Positions 42,486 through 52,694 of a stretch of DNA of 64,000 bases are shown here, one piece after another. The notes under the pieces are model-generated. The model saw only the letters and a program-made list of their open reading frames with translations, was not told the origin of the DNA and searched no databases. Location of the stretch: assembly GCA_963738835.1 (NCBI GenBank), contig CAVTYH010000001.1, positions 161,755 to 225,754 of the forward strand, written 5' to 3'. The position numbers and the translations under genes were made by a program. This DNA comes from Pirellulales bacterium (lineage in GTDB: Bacteria > Planctomycetota > Planctomycetia > Pirellulales > JADZDJ01). Each line of letters opens with the position of its first letter. The stretch's first letter is position 1.

Positions 42486-43583
42486 TTACGTCAAGATTTC
42501 CCTATACATTGCTGAGTACCGAGAAATCATTTCGTCCTGCCGATGGAATTTCGCGACACGCTGCTGGCCGGCGATGCCGAGTCGTCGCGCCAAAGTCGAA
42601 TTCTCGAGCAACGGTAACGTCCAGCGGGCAAATCCAGCACGCTCCGTGGTGGGAACTAGGTAGCCCGTTCTTCCAGGAATGACTAATTCTCGATTTCCGC
42701 CAGCGTCGGCGGCAACCACTGGAACTCCGGCAGCCATTGCTTCGAGAATAGCGATTGATTGCCCTTCGTTTGCGCCAGGCTGCCAAAGGACATCGATACG
42801 CGCTAAAAGTTGCGGCACGTCGTTGCGTGACCCCAGGAAATGAACCCGTTCTGGCACTCGGTTCAACCAGCGGTACCGCTCAAGCGATTGCCGCTGCGGT
42901 CCTTCGCCGATCATCAACAGATGCGCCGGTATTCCAATGGCCTTCAGTTGATCGGTCGCCCAAATTAATTCCTTCAATCGTTTTCGATAAATGAGGGAAC
43001 CCACATATGCAATGAGCTTTGCATTGGCCGGTAGCATCAGCTGCATGAGCAAGTCGTTACGGTCTGTTGCTGGCGACAACGCGGGACTTACACCGCTCTG
43101 GATGACAATAGATTTTTCGGGCGGCAAACCGCGACTAAGATAGAACTGCCTAACGGCGCATGAGTTCGTGACGATGCGACTCGTTCGCCTAGCTAAGTGC
43201 CGATCGACCGCCAGCTCCAAATCGGTTTTCCAAATATCGATGCTTTGTTCTGTGGCCACGATTCCCCGCACGCCAGCCAACAGTGCGGCAATTCGGCCAA
43301 CGGTGTTGGAATCAAACAGCCAGGTGTGAACTAAGTCCGGCTTTAGCCGTCCGATAAGTCGTCTTAAACGCCAGATCGCAATCGGATCACATCGCCAGCG
43401 CTGGCTAATTATGAACGGCTCGATACTGCGACCCCGAAAATCATCGGCAGCCGGGCCGCCGTTGCTGAGAGCAGCCACATGCACGTCGAATTCCTGCCGT
43501 GGCAAACCGGCTGCCAAGACGGCCAATTGCCGTGTCGTTCCGCTGCGAGCAAGCGATGGAATGATGTGTAGTATTCGAGGCAT
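42486..43583 (-). CDS. glycosyltransferase family 4
   Basis: GT-B fold; EGQSIAILEAMAAGVPVV. Confidence 0.9.
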   Translation of the reverse strand: MPRILHIIPSLARSGTTRQLAVLAAGLPRQEFDVHVAALSNGGPAADDFRGRSIEPFIISQRWRCDPIAIWRLRRLIGRLKPDLVHTWLFDSNTVGRIAALLAGVRGIVATEQSIDIWKTDLELAVDRHLARRTSRIVTNSCAVRQFYLSRGLPPEKSIVIQSGVSPALSPATDRNDLLMQLMLPANAKLIAYVGSLIYRKRLKELIWATDQLKAIGIPAHLLMIGEGPQRQSLERYRWLNRVPERVHFLGSRNDVPQLLARIDVLWQPGANEGQSIAILEAMAAGVPVVAADAGGNRELVIPGRTGYLVPTTERAGFARWTLPLLENSTLARRLGIAGQQRVAKFHRQDEMISRYSAMYREILT

Positions 43584-43598
43584 CGCAGCTGCGTGATT

Positions 43599-44132
43599 TC
43601 AATGCGCTTTCGCCCCGATTTCATGATCTTCAAGCGCTGCAAGGTACGGCAAATTGCGGTAGGCGTCTTGGTAATCCAGGCCGTAGCCAACGACAAACGC
43701 GTTAGGTATCTCAAAGCCAATATGATCGGGCTCTTTCATGACCGCTTTTCTGCCATGTTTTCGCAGCAACACAGCACACCGAACGGTCGCCGGTTCGTGC
43801 TTGTGCAGTTCATCGATGAGAGCAACTAGAGTTTTGCCAGTGTCGAAAATATCGTCTACGAGAAGGACATGCTGTCTCTTCACGTCCGGCAGCAAATCAA
43901 AGTTGATCGTCAATTGGCCAGGATCGATCGAAGCACCTCGATAACTTGAGGCCTGAACTAATCCAACGCGCAGAGGCATCCTGAGGCGTCGGATTAGATC
44001 GGCCAGCAACACGATACTACCTGTAAGCACGCCGACAATCGTTAGTGACCGGTCAGCATAAAAATCGCCAATCTCTTTGGCAAGGCGGTCCACCCCGGCG
44101 TGGAGTTCATCGGCAGTGAGAATTGTTTTCAC
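43599..44132 (-). CDS. hpt: hypoxanthine phosphoribosyltransferase
   Basis: VLTGS..ADL, LLVDDIFDTG, FVVGYGLD..YRNLP. Confidence 0.95.
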   Translation of the reverse strand: MKTILTADELHAGVDRLAKEIGDFYADRSLTIVGVLTGSIVLLADLIRRLRMPLRVGLVQASSYRGASIDPGQLTINFDLLPDVKRQHVLLVDDIFDTGKTLVALIDELHKHEPATVRCAVLLRKHGRKAVMKEPDHIGFEIPNAFVVGYGLDYQDAYRNLPYLAALEDHEIGAKAH

Positions 44133-44237
44133 GGGTTCCTTCCAGCTGCTGGCAGGCAAGCAAAACGACTAGAAACGATCATTTTAGCGGGTCCGGTGGC
44201 GGCACGATAGAGCTTGAATTGTTCGCGGATTTACGAC

Positions 44238-45137
44238 TCATTTTTTGTCCCTCTCGTTTGGTTTGTTTTGCCTCTCTTTTCGCGCGATAGTCGCCGCAAA
44301 CGTGACGAGATGTCGGAGCGTATCGCAATACGCGGCGTACGTCATTTGTTGGCGCAACTCCGCTGCAAGTGCTCGCCCACCGACCGCGACCGGCACATTT
44401 TTGTCAGCGGCGACTGCTGCAATTTTCCGGTAATCCCTCAGAAATCGTTTTGCATCTTCCACGAACGAAATACTGAGCCAGAGCATTTCTGGCTGCTCAT
44501 TTTGCATTGCAGAACAAATCGTTTCCACTGGCATTCCCGTGCCCAGTGAATCTGCCCGCCAGCCATTTTCTCGCAGTGCGATTTCGACCATCGTCGTGGG
44601 AAGATGATACTGGTCGCCTGAAAGGGTGCCACCGATCGCGCGTGATGCATCTTCCCGTGGCTGGCCGATAACCGAGCGGAGTGCAAACAGTGTTTTCAAG
44701 CAAATCTCGCAGCCACGTCGCTCTTGATACACTTCAATATCGCCACACTCCCAATGGTTGCCAATTGAGTGGAAAGCTGCGGCAATTACTTTATCACAAA
44801 TGTCCACGGCCGATTGGCGTGACAGATACAAATCAAAGACGGTCCGCCGTGCGAGTTCTTCGTCGCCCTGTTCGAGCGCCTCGCACATTTGGCCGATTGC
44901 CCGATCGATAACAAGCATTCCTTTTCCCGTGGTCGAAGGGAGGCCCAGCACTTCTGGCCGCAAGAGCGACTGATCATTGTTACGCAAGAATTGCATTACG
45001 GTGTCCAGCGGTAGGCGCCGATGACCTCCGGCGGTACGGCGGGTCTGTAGGAGCCCTTGATCGCACCATCGCTTCAGCGACGACTCGCTAACGCCCATGG
45101 CCAGGGCAACTTGCCGGGGGGAGAGCAGCTGTTCCAT
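44238..45137 (-). CDS. MerR/Xis-type HTH + B12-binding-like (CarH/LitR-like) regulator
   Basis: GVSESSLKRW..RTAGGHRR; IG..W..G helical bundle; Rossmann motifs SLG and VGGRA. Confidence 0.85.
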   Translation of the reverse strand: MEQLLSPRQVALAMGVSESSLKRWCDQGLLQTRRTAGGHRRLPLDTVMQFLRNNDQSLLRPEVLGLPSTTGKGMLVIDRAIGQMCEALEQGDEELARRTVFDLYLSRQSAVDICDKVIAAAFHSIGNHWECGDIEVYQERRGCEICLKTLFALRSVIGQPREDASRAIGGTLSGDQYHLPTTMVEIALRENGWRADSLGTGMPVETICSAMQNEQPEMLWLSISFVEDAKRFLRDYRKIAAVAADKNVPVAVGGRALAAELRQQMTYAAYCDTLRHLVTFAATIARKERQNKPNERDKK

Positions 45138-45270
45138 TCAATTCACCGTGAACGTTTTGCTCGTTTCAGAGCTAAAGCGAGGTTCAATTGTTACCTCATA
45201 AAACTTTAGGCAGTCCAGGAGCAAGCCGCTAGTTTGAATTCTCAAACATTGTGGCGATAACAGGTTACAA

Positions 45271-45331
45271 TTCAAATAACTGATTTGAACCATTTATTGG
45301 CTTGACGGTTGCGATGCCGTGACTGTAACAT
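45271..45331 (+). promoter_or_regulatory. fasciclin promoter with an upstream inverted repeat
   Basis: TTCAAAT-5-ATTTGAA (45271-45289); TTGACG-18 nt-TAACAT. Confidence 0.45.
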
Positions 45332-45496
45332 AAATGAACGATATGACCGAATTTTGAAAGAAGTCATGATCGCTCTCATTCAACCCGGTAGAACTTTTCG
45401 CCGGACCGAAATAACAAATCACAGGTCCCGACGTCAGGTCGTTCAAACTGTTTGTCGCAACTTGTAGGTCCTTTCAATTCTATGGAGTCGAAAAAC

Positions 45497-45997
45497 ATGA
45501 CTGTTCGAAAAACACTTCCGATTGTTGCCGCGCTTGGCTTGGCATTCATTGTTATTTTGTCGACTGTCGTCGGCGCTGAAAAGGCGGACAAAATGGACAT
45601 TGTCGATACGGCGGTCGCCGCCGGTTCGTTCAAGACCTTGGCCACCGAGCTGAAGGCTGCCGGCTTAGTCGAGACTTTGAAAAGTGACGGCCCGTTTACT
45701 GTCTTCGCCCCGACCGACGAAACGTTTGCAAAACTACCTGACGGAACGTTGGAGTCGTTGCTCAAAGATAAAACAAAACTCACCGCGGTGCTGACGTATC
45801 ACGTCGTGCCCGGCAAAGTGATGGCTGCGGATGTCGTGAAGCTGAAATCCACAAAGACTTTGCAGGGCTCACCAGTAACCATCAAGGCATCAGGCAAAGG
45901 TGTAAAAGTGGATGATGCAAATGTCGTGAAGACCGACATCGCATGCAACAATGGCGTGATCCATGTGATCGACGCTGTACTCATTCCGAAGCAGTGA
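45497..45997 (+). CDS. secreted fasciclin (FAS1) protein
   Basis: [42 protein letters not shown]. Confidence 0.95.
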   Translation: MTVRKTLPIVAALGLAFIVILSTVVGAEKADKMDIVDTAVAAGSFKTLATELKAAGLVETLKSDGPFTVFAPTDETFAKLPDGTLESLLKDKTKLTAVLTYHVVPGKVMAADVVKLKSTKTLQGSPVTIKASGKGVKVDDANVVKTDIACNNGVIHVIDAVLIPKQ

Positions 45998-46187
45998 GGC
46001 TTTTTCGGTGTTTCCCTATTTCGGAGCGACTTCGCCGGTGCGCCGCTTGCTAGAAATGTGCTGCTTGCAATCCAGCAGCACTCGAAATGCGGTGCCCGGC
46101 GAGATTCGCATTAATTGCTTTGCTTATCGATCGTATTAATGAGTATCGCTCTCCAAAGTATCGATTTATCATTTGAAAGCATCCATT

Positions 46188-47210
46188 ATGATCGCAGCAT
46201 ATACAAGATCCTGTGCAACCCCTGGCAGGGTGTCAGATCTCGCTCCTTCAAAGCAAATCGGAACAAATCGGTCCGAAAAGAACGGCAGAGCCGGCAGTCT
46301 AAAAAACAAGAAGCGAGCTTCTGCATCGACGATCACACCGATCGACTACATTTACAGCCCGGAATTCGATCAGGAATCCGCCGACCATGAAATACTGCAG
46401 GAATTGGAGACGGCGTCCAATTCTACGGTCGACTATCCCTTGATAGATCAGACTGGGCCAAAACGTTCGACGCTTCCAGCCTATCTCGCAAGGTTGTACG
46501 ACGTTTTCCTGCTAACGCCCGAAAAAGAGCGAGATTTGTTTCGGCGATACAATTATCTCAAGTTTAAAGCTACTCGGCTGCGTACGAGTCGTATCGCTGG
46601 ACGGTCGGTTGCAAATCGATCTCAACGTATCGATCAACTACTTGCCGAAGCCAACGCCATCAAAGAGCGATTGATTAGCGCGAATTTACGGCTAGTTGTT
46701 TCGATTGCCAAGAAATTTGTTAATGCTGACAATAGTTTTGATGATCTTGTGAGCGATGGAAACTTGTCGCTCATGCGCGCCGTCGAAAAGTTTAACTACC
46801 ACATGGGAAATCGCTTCAGCACCTACGCAACTTATGCAATTCGGCGGAACTTTTACAGGACGATTTTGGGCCGACGGCACCACCGGGAGCGCTTTGTGTT
46901 CGACGAACAGACTCTAAGTGCAGCGCCAAGCCAAGTTTCCCGGCAGTTACTGTCGGTTACACAAGTGATCGACGTGCGGAGACATCTAGAACAGATGATG
47001 AAGCAACTGGACAATCGCGAGCGATTGATCGTCCAGCAGCGATTTGGACTCGACCAGCCGGTCGTCAAATCGTTTAAACAGCTGGGCAGTGAATTGGGGG
47101 TTTGCAAGGAGCGGGTTCGGCAAATTCAAGCTAGAGCGATTGCAAAACTTCGAGTGATGGCGGACGACCGGAAACTTGATGAACTGATCAATTGTGACCT
47201 TCAAAGTTAA
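46188..47210 (+). CDS. sigma70-family RNA polymerase sigma factor
   Basis: ANLRLVVSIAKK, DGNLSLMRAVEKF..GNRFSTYAT, KERVRQIQ. Confidence 0.92.
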   Translation: MIAAYTRSCATPGRVSDLAPSKQIGTNRSEKNGRAGSLKNKKRASASTITPIDYIYSPEFDQESADHEILQELETASNSTVDYPLIDQTGPKRSTLPAYLARLYDVFLLTPEKERDLFRRYNYLKFKATRLRTSRIAGRSVANRSQRIDQLLAEANAIKERLISANLRLVVSIAKKFVNADNSFDDLVSDGNLSLMRAVEKFNYHMGNRFSTYATYAIRRNFYRTILGRRHHRERFVFDEQTLSAAPSQVSRQLLSVTQVIDVRRHLEQMMKQLDNRERLIVQQRFGLDQPVVKSFKQLGSELGVCKERVRQIQARAIAKLRVMADDRKLDELINCDLQS

Positions 47211-47220
47211 CGAGGCAGCA

Positions 47221-49099
47221 TCACTTCGTTGCAGCGGTCAGATCTGCTTCCAGGTTATCGAGACGGAGTCTGAGTCGCTGTTTGGTATCGTCAAGCTTTT
47301 TTAGGGAGCCGATCTCAGCTTCATCGACGTTTGCTGCGGAAGACTCCGACGCGAAGAGGTAGAACTTAATCTTCGGTTCTGTGCCAGACGGACGGATGGC
47401 GGCGCGGTTGCCGGGTGGCGCGAGGTCGAAAATCAGTAAGTCACTTGGGGGAACTGCGGGATTCATCACGCTGCTACTAGGCGATTCTGTAGTGATAATC
47501 TGTTGAGTGAGATAATCACGAATCTGGGTGACCGACAGTCCACCCAGTGTTCGCGGCGGCGAACCGCGAAGTCGTTCCATAATCGCTTTCATACCTGCCA
47601 CCCCGTCGACACCCGGCATCGTACGACTGACCGTTTTCTCCTGATAGCAGCCATATCGCAAATACAATTGATCGAGCTGCTCGTGTAGCGTACGCCCTTG
47701 AGTTTTGCACTCCGCTGCCAGTTCTGCCAGAAGCATCGCAGCCACGGCGCCATCTTTATCGCGAGCGTAAGTGCCGGCCAAATAGCCGTGGGCTTCTTCA
47801 AAGCTGAACACAAACTTCTCTGGCCCCACTTCATCGATCAAACTGCCGATCCACTTAAAGCCCGTTAGCACGTCACCGAAGGCTCGTACTCCGAATTGCT
47901 CCGCCACGCGGCAAATCATATCACTTGTGACCAATGTTTTGATCACGTAGTGCTCCGGAGTAAGGCGGCCAGACCCTTGCAAACGGCGCAGCAGAAATTC
48001 CCCTAGCAATACGCCGATTTGATTGCCCGTAAGCGATCCCCACTGCTGATTGATTGAGGCTTCCCTTTGGGCTTTAGCATTTATAAGCGGTGCAGCGCAA
48101 CCGATGCGATCGGCGTCGGGATCGCTTGCAAACACCAATTCTGCGCCAGTTTGTTGGGCGTGATGAATCAGCGCATCAAAGACGGCTGGATTTTCCGGAT
48201 TGGCGACATTCGCTGGAATGTTCGGAAAGTCGCCGTCGGGGTTAGCGTGCGGTTCGTAGACTTGCACATGCCCAAATCCATCGGCTCGAAGCACGGGCAA
48301 GACCGATGTTAGCCCGACGCCGTGCAGTGGGGAGTAGAGAATTTGCAAATCGCGTGGCCCGGGTTGTGATTGTAGCAACACGGCCTGGTGGTAACGAGGA
48401 TCAATTTCCTGTTGGCAAAAATGAATCTGGCCGGCTGCAAATGCGTCTGCAAACGCGATTCGCTTAATTTCCGTCACGTTAGAGACGCATTTAATTACGC
48501 CTTCATCGTGTGGCGGTCGCAGTTGTCCACCCGTCGCCCAAAACACCTTGACAGCATTGTCGCTTGGTGGGTTATGGCTGGCGCTGATCATGATGCCGCA
48601 GGTGCAATGCTTGTCGCGGACTGTGAATGACAATTCGGGCGTAGGGTGGTAGTCGTCGAACATCAAAACTTCAAATCCGTTGGCAACCATGATGCCCGCG
48701 GCAGAGTTCAGCAAAATGCCGCGACTTGTGCCGTGTATCGTAAGAAATCGCACAACGAAATTGTGAACTAGTCGTTGCATTGACTTGGTGCACATAATCG
48801 GCCAAGCCCTGAGCGCTTTCGCCAATGGTACGGTCGTTAATGGCATTCGTGCCAATCGGGTACATTCGACCGCGACGCCCCGCCGTGCCAAAAGGGATGG
48901 TCGTCCAAAACAAATCTTCCAACTCCGACCATCGGCCTGCGGCGATGTGCTCCAGCAGTACGGGCAAGTAGTCCGCGTATTGGCGCTGAGTCAGCCAGAT
49001 GCGGATGTTTTCCAAAGCGCTCGCAGATATGTGACCTTTGGATTTCGCAAGATTAAGCGCGAAATGCCCATCTTTTGCATTTAATGAGAATTGTGACAT
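47221..49099 (-). CDS. phosphoglucomutase/phosphomannomutase, frameshift near 48700
   Basis: FGTAGRRG, ISASHNP, DPDADR, TGFKWI, RPSGTEPKIKFY. Confidence 0.92.
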
Positions 49100-49183
49100 G
49101 CTCAAATTGTAACGAGCGATGGGCACATTCTCACGATGGTAAAAAACCGTGATTCGGACAGCGGTTTCAAATTGCCGATTCTC

Positions 49184-50038
49184 TTATTTGCCGCAGTAGT
49201 CGATGGCGCGGGCGATTTCGCTTTTCAAATCGGCCCGATCGACAATGCGGTCAATAAAGCCGTGCTCCAGCAAGAATTCGCTGGTCTGAAATCCTTTGGG
49301 CAGTTCAATACGAATGGTGGCTTTGATAGTTCGCGGACCGGCAAATCCGATCAAAGCTTTTGGCTCGGCAAACACTAAATCGCCCAAAGAGGCAAAACTG
49401 GCGGCGACGCCACCCATAGTCGGGTTTGTGAGTACAGAAATGAACAGACCTCGGGCTCCGTGATATCTTGCCAAGGCGGCAGAAACTTTCGCCATCTGCA
49501 TCAACGACAGTATGCCCTCGTGCATCCGAGCGCCACCGCCGGAGCCGCTGATAATAATTAGTGGCAGGTTGTACTCGGTGGCCTTTTCCACGAGTCGGGC
49601 CAGCTTTTCCCCCACGACCGAGCCCATGCTACCCATGATGAAGGCCGAATCGGTGACGCCGAATGCAACGCGCTGCGCACGAATCATGCCGGTGCCAACG
49701 AGAGCTGCGTCGGTAAGTCCCGTGCGAGCTTGCTCCGCTTTGAGCCGCTGGGCATACGGTTTCTTGTCAGCAAAACCCAAAGGATCGGTCGGCATCAGTT
49801 CGCCGAGCCATTCTTCAAATGTGCCCTCGTCGAGAACCTGTTTTACTCGCACTAGCGCCGGCACATAAAGATGATAGCCGCACTCGGGGCAGACGTTTTG
49901 ACGGCGTTCGGCTTCCTTCTTGTAGATGGTTCCCTGGCAGCCGGGGCACTGCAGCCAGAGTCCTTCTGGGACCCCTCGTTTCTGGCGACGAGGCGCAGGT
50001 TGGTCGCCGGTGACTGTTTCTAGATTGCCAAGAGCCAC
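49184..50038 (-). CDS. accD: acetyl-CoA carboxylase carboxyltransferase beta subunit
   Basis: PEGLW.QCP.C..CPEC; [10 protein letters not shown]; GGARMHEG; GFAGPR. Confidence 0.97.
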   Translation of the reverse strand: MALGNLETVTGDQPAPRRQKRGVPEGLWLQCPGCQGTIYKKEAERRQNVCPECGYHLYVPALVRVKQVLDEGTFEEWLGELMPTDPLGFADKKPYAQRLKAEQARTGLTDAALVGTGMIRAQRVAFGVTDSAFIMGSMGSVVGEKLARLVEKATEYNLPLIIISGSGGGARMHEGILSLMQMAKVSAALARYHGARGLFISVLTNPTMGGVAASFASLGDLVFAEPKALIGFAGPRTIKATIRIELPKGFQTSEFLLEHGFIDRIVDRADLKSEIARAIDYCGK

Positions 50039-50205
50039 GGTAGCTCCCTTAACCACTTAGGGCTGCATTCATCCGAGCGTTGTGTTTGCCGCGTAAATTG
50101 ACGCAATGAGTGATCGGGCCGAGGTGAACGGCGATGGATATTGATACTATCGGATTAGTAACCATAAATCCACCGAATGTCACAGGATCTCGAGTGGGTA
50201 AGCTA

Positions 50206-50859
50206 TTAATGCCGCTCGATCACAGTGCCTCGGTAGATATAAGTCGATTGCCCATTTGAATTGGCTGAAGCTTTCATGCGTTCGGCGGCAGTTATGGCGA
50301 AGTCTGGTTCCAACGGCACGAGATCAAATTGGCAGGAATTCGTCGCGTGCCACAGATCACCTAATTCAGAGCCGTCGATTCGATTGCGAACGAGGCTTGC
50401 TAGCGGCTCGGGCGCTATCAGCACGATAGTTCCGGATCGATGCTTGCGGGCCAACTTCTCCAGGTTGTCGTCGATGCGTTCGGCCACCTCCGCAATCATT
50501 TCACCATCGGGCGGATGAACCATTTCGGGGTGCTCTTGCCACTGCTTATAAACCTTGGGTTGCTTGTGGCGCACCTCTTCCACCAACATTCCCTGCCAAA
50601 GGCCAAGATTTATATTAGATAATCGATCGAGTCGTTTAGGCTTCAAATTAAGTGCCCGACCCATGATAGCCGCTGTCTCTTCTGCTGGGGCACCGGCACT
50701 CGAGTATATCGCCGTCGGTACATGGGTCCGAAGTTGTTCGACAGCTTCGGCAGCTTCTTTGTGACCCGTGTCGTTTAACGGAATATCGAGCGTGCCTTGG
50801 ATCCGGCCTTGGAGATCGTAATCGGTGCAGCCAGAACGAACCAGAATCAGTTTCACCAT
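50206..50859 (-). CDS. histidine-phosphatase-fold protein lacking the catalytic His
   Basis: LILVRSG.T....GRIQG..DIPL; G.WQG; RHG replaced by RSG. Confidence 0.85.
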   Translation of the reverse strand: MVKLILVRSGCTDYDLQGRIQGTLDIPLNDTGHKEAAEAVEQLRTHVPTAIYSSAGAPAEETAAIMGRALNLKPKRLDRLSNINLGLWQGMLVEEVRHKQPKVYKQWQEHPEMVHPPDGEMIAEVAERIDDNLEKLARKHRSGTIVLIAPEPLASLVRNRIDGSELGDLWHATNSCQFDLVPLEPDFAITAAERMKASANSNGQSTYIYRGTVIERH

Positions 50860-51366
50860 AAATCAGTGTTGAAAAAATCACTCGAACCACGGAGACGTGC
50901 AACGCCCATGGGCCCCTTGGAAACCAATGCGACTAGATAGGATCGCCCTGGGCGGCTGTGCCACCACGTTCTGCGCCGCAATCCCACGCAAACAAAATAC
51001 CGTCCGATCGCAGGGCGTATTCGCTAAATTGTTGAGGATCACGAATGTGACTTTAGAAGAACCGGAGTGCGAAACCGTTTGAGCGATTGCCCACCGCGGG
51101 TACCACAGCAAACGGATTATTGTGATGATTGCTGACCGATCTGGCACTCCCAACAAACTCCCTTTGTCTCGCTCCAGGCAACTCGCTGCTCGATTAGCAG
51201 GCTTGTAACACTGGAAGACATCCCTGATTATAGTTGAGCTTGCCGGTTGGGTACACGCGAGAATCTAGTTCCAGCATGTAAACAACTTCTCTGTAAAGAG
51301 TTGCAGCGCAAACAGTTCCAACGTGCTGCCTCAAGGTCCCCCCGTCCGGCTGGTCCAGTGAAGTAT

Positions 51367-52087
51367 CTACTGACGCTGTAGATCATCGCTACGGGGAAGA
51401 TCTTCGAGGCTTCGTAAATGAAACAGCTTCAGGAACCGGGTGGTTATAAAGTATCGGCGCTTTGACGTCTTTCCTTCGGATCGTTCTATACGCAGGAGCT
51501 GTCGGCCCACTAGTTGACTTAAGATGTGGCCGCTTGGGGTGCCTCGTAAACGCGACACGTCGTCCCCGGAAAGCGGCTCGTGATAAGCGATCAATGAAAG
51601 CACCTCGACGGCAGCTGCTGACAGACGTGCCGCTCGGATTCGGCCGAAAAATCGATTCCGCAGCGATGCAAAATCGTTCCGCAGTGCCAATCGATAGCCG
51701 GTGCCATCCGACACAATTGAATACGGGCAGTCATTTGCCTCGTACTGCAAATTGAGCCGCGGAAATTGCATGATCTATTTGCTCGACGCTAACGCCGCGC
51801 ACGGCTGAGGCGACTTGCTGGCTCGTAACGGGTACATTATCCGGTCGGCCAACAAACAAGACCGCCTCAACAATTGTTCGCGCATTGATGGAATCGATTG
51901 CATCGACCACCACCGATTCCTCAGCTGATGGCGGCACGGTTTCGTTCGCTTCGGCAGGCGAATTCAGTTCCGTCGAGATTGGACGATCTTTCCGACCAAG
52001 CATGACCGAGAATGCCTGGCTTAGCTGATCTAGTGTCATTCCGCCGGTGTTAGTTCGGCGATCGGCGTCATTTGATGTTGATGACAT
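51367..52087 (-). CDS. scpB: SMC-Scp complex subunit ScpB, frameshift near 51765
   Basis: IVEAVLFV; RLSAAAVEVLSLIAYHEP..RG; TTRFLKLFHL.SLEDLP. Confidence 0.88.
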
Positions 52088-52317
52088 TGTGACGCACTAT
52101 ACGCCAGCCAGTGTTGAAATGCAAGATGATATTGTGTCGGTCAACAGGGCACGAAATCTGTCAACGACCTATAGTCCGTCGACGACACAATCTCACAGGC
52201 CGGCAGAGACAAGCCATCGCGAAGGCATCTGCCTCAGGAGCCGTTGCTAAGTCAGCAAAGAAATTGTCGAAAATGGAATCGCCCTAAGCCAAGATAAGTT
52301 CAGCAGTTGATATGGCT

Positions 52318-52694
52318 TTATGCGTGGCCGGCGAAGATCCTCCGTCCCCCGTCGATTGGCAGGCACACGCCGGTAATGAAGTGGTTATCGATGAGGTGTA
52401 TTACAGCCAGGGCGATGCTCTTCGCGCTCCCTTTGTGCTTCACCAACGTCGCGTCGATGGCTTCTCGGCGTTCGGCTTCAGGCAAATCGGGTCGAAGCAT
52501 CACTTGACCGGGCAGGATGCAGTTGACCCGCACGTTTGGGTTGCGGGTGCCCGGATCGCCGCGACGGCCGAAGTGCAATACTGCAAAGCCAAATAGTAGC
52601 CACGCGCGGTCAACTCCTTGGCTACATGCCAGCCTATGCGGCTTTTTCCGATGCCGGTAACCAAAGCGACTGCGGATGAAATAGAAATACTCAT
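52318..52694 (-). pseudogene. pteridine-reductase-like SDR with a large internal deletion
   Basis: VALVTG.G..RIG joined out of frame to VRVNCILPG..FITG..LPIDGG; the YxxxK region is missing. Confidence 0.8.

Noticed and set aside
47460-48085. ITTESPSS and NAKAQR peptides in the phosphomutase as further in-frame repeat relics
   Set aside because: They resemble translations of the 8-9-nt repeats, but the DNA is too degenerate to support the claim.
50878-51156. 92-aa ORF between scpB and the phosphatase-like gene
   Set aside because: No recognisable motif or RBS; treated as intergenic.
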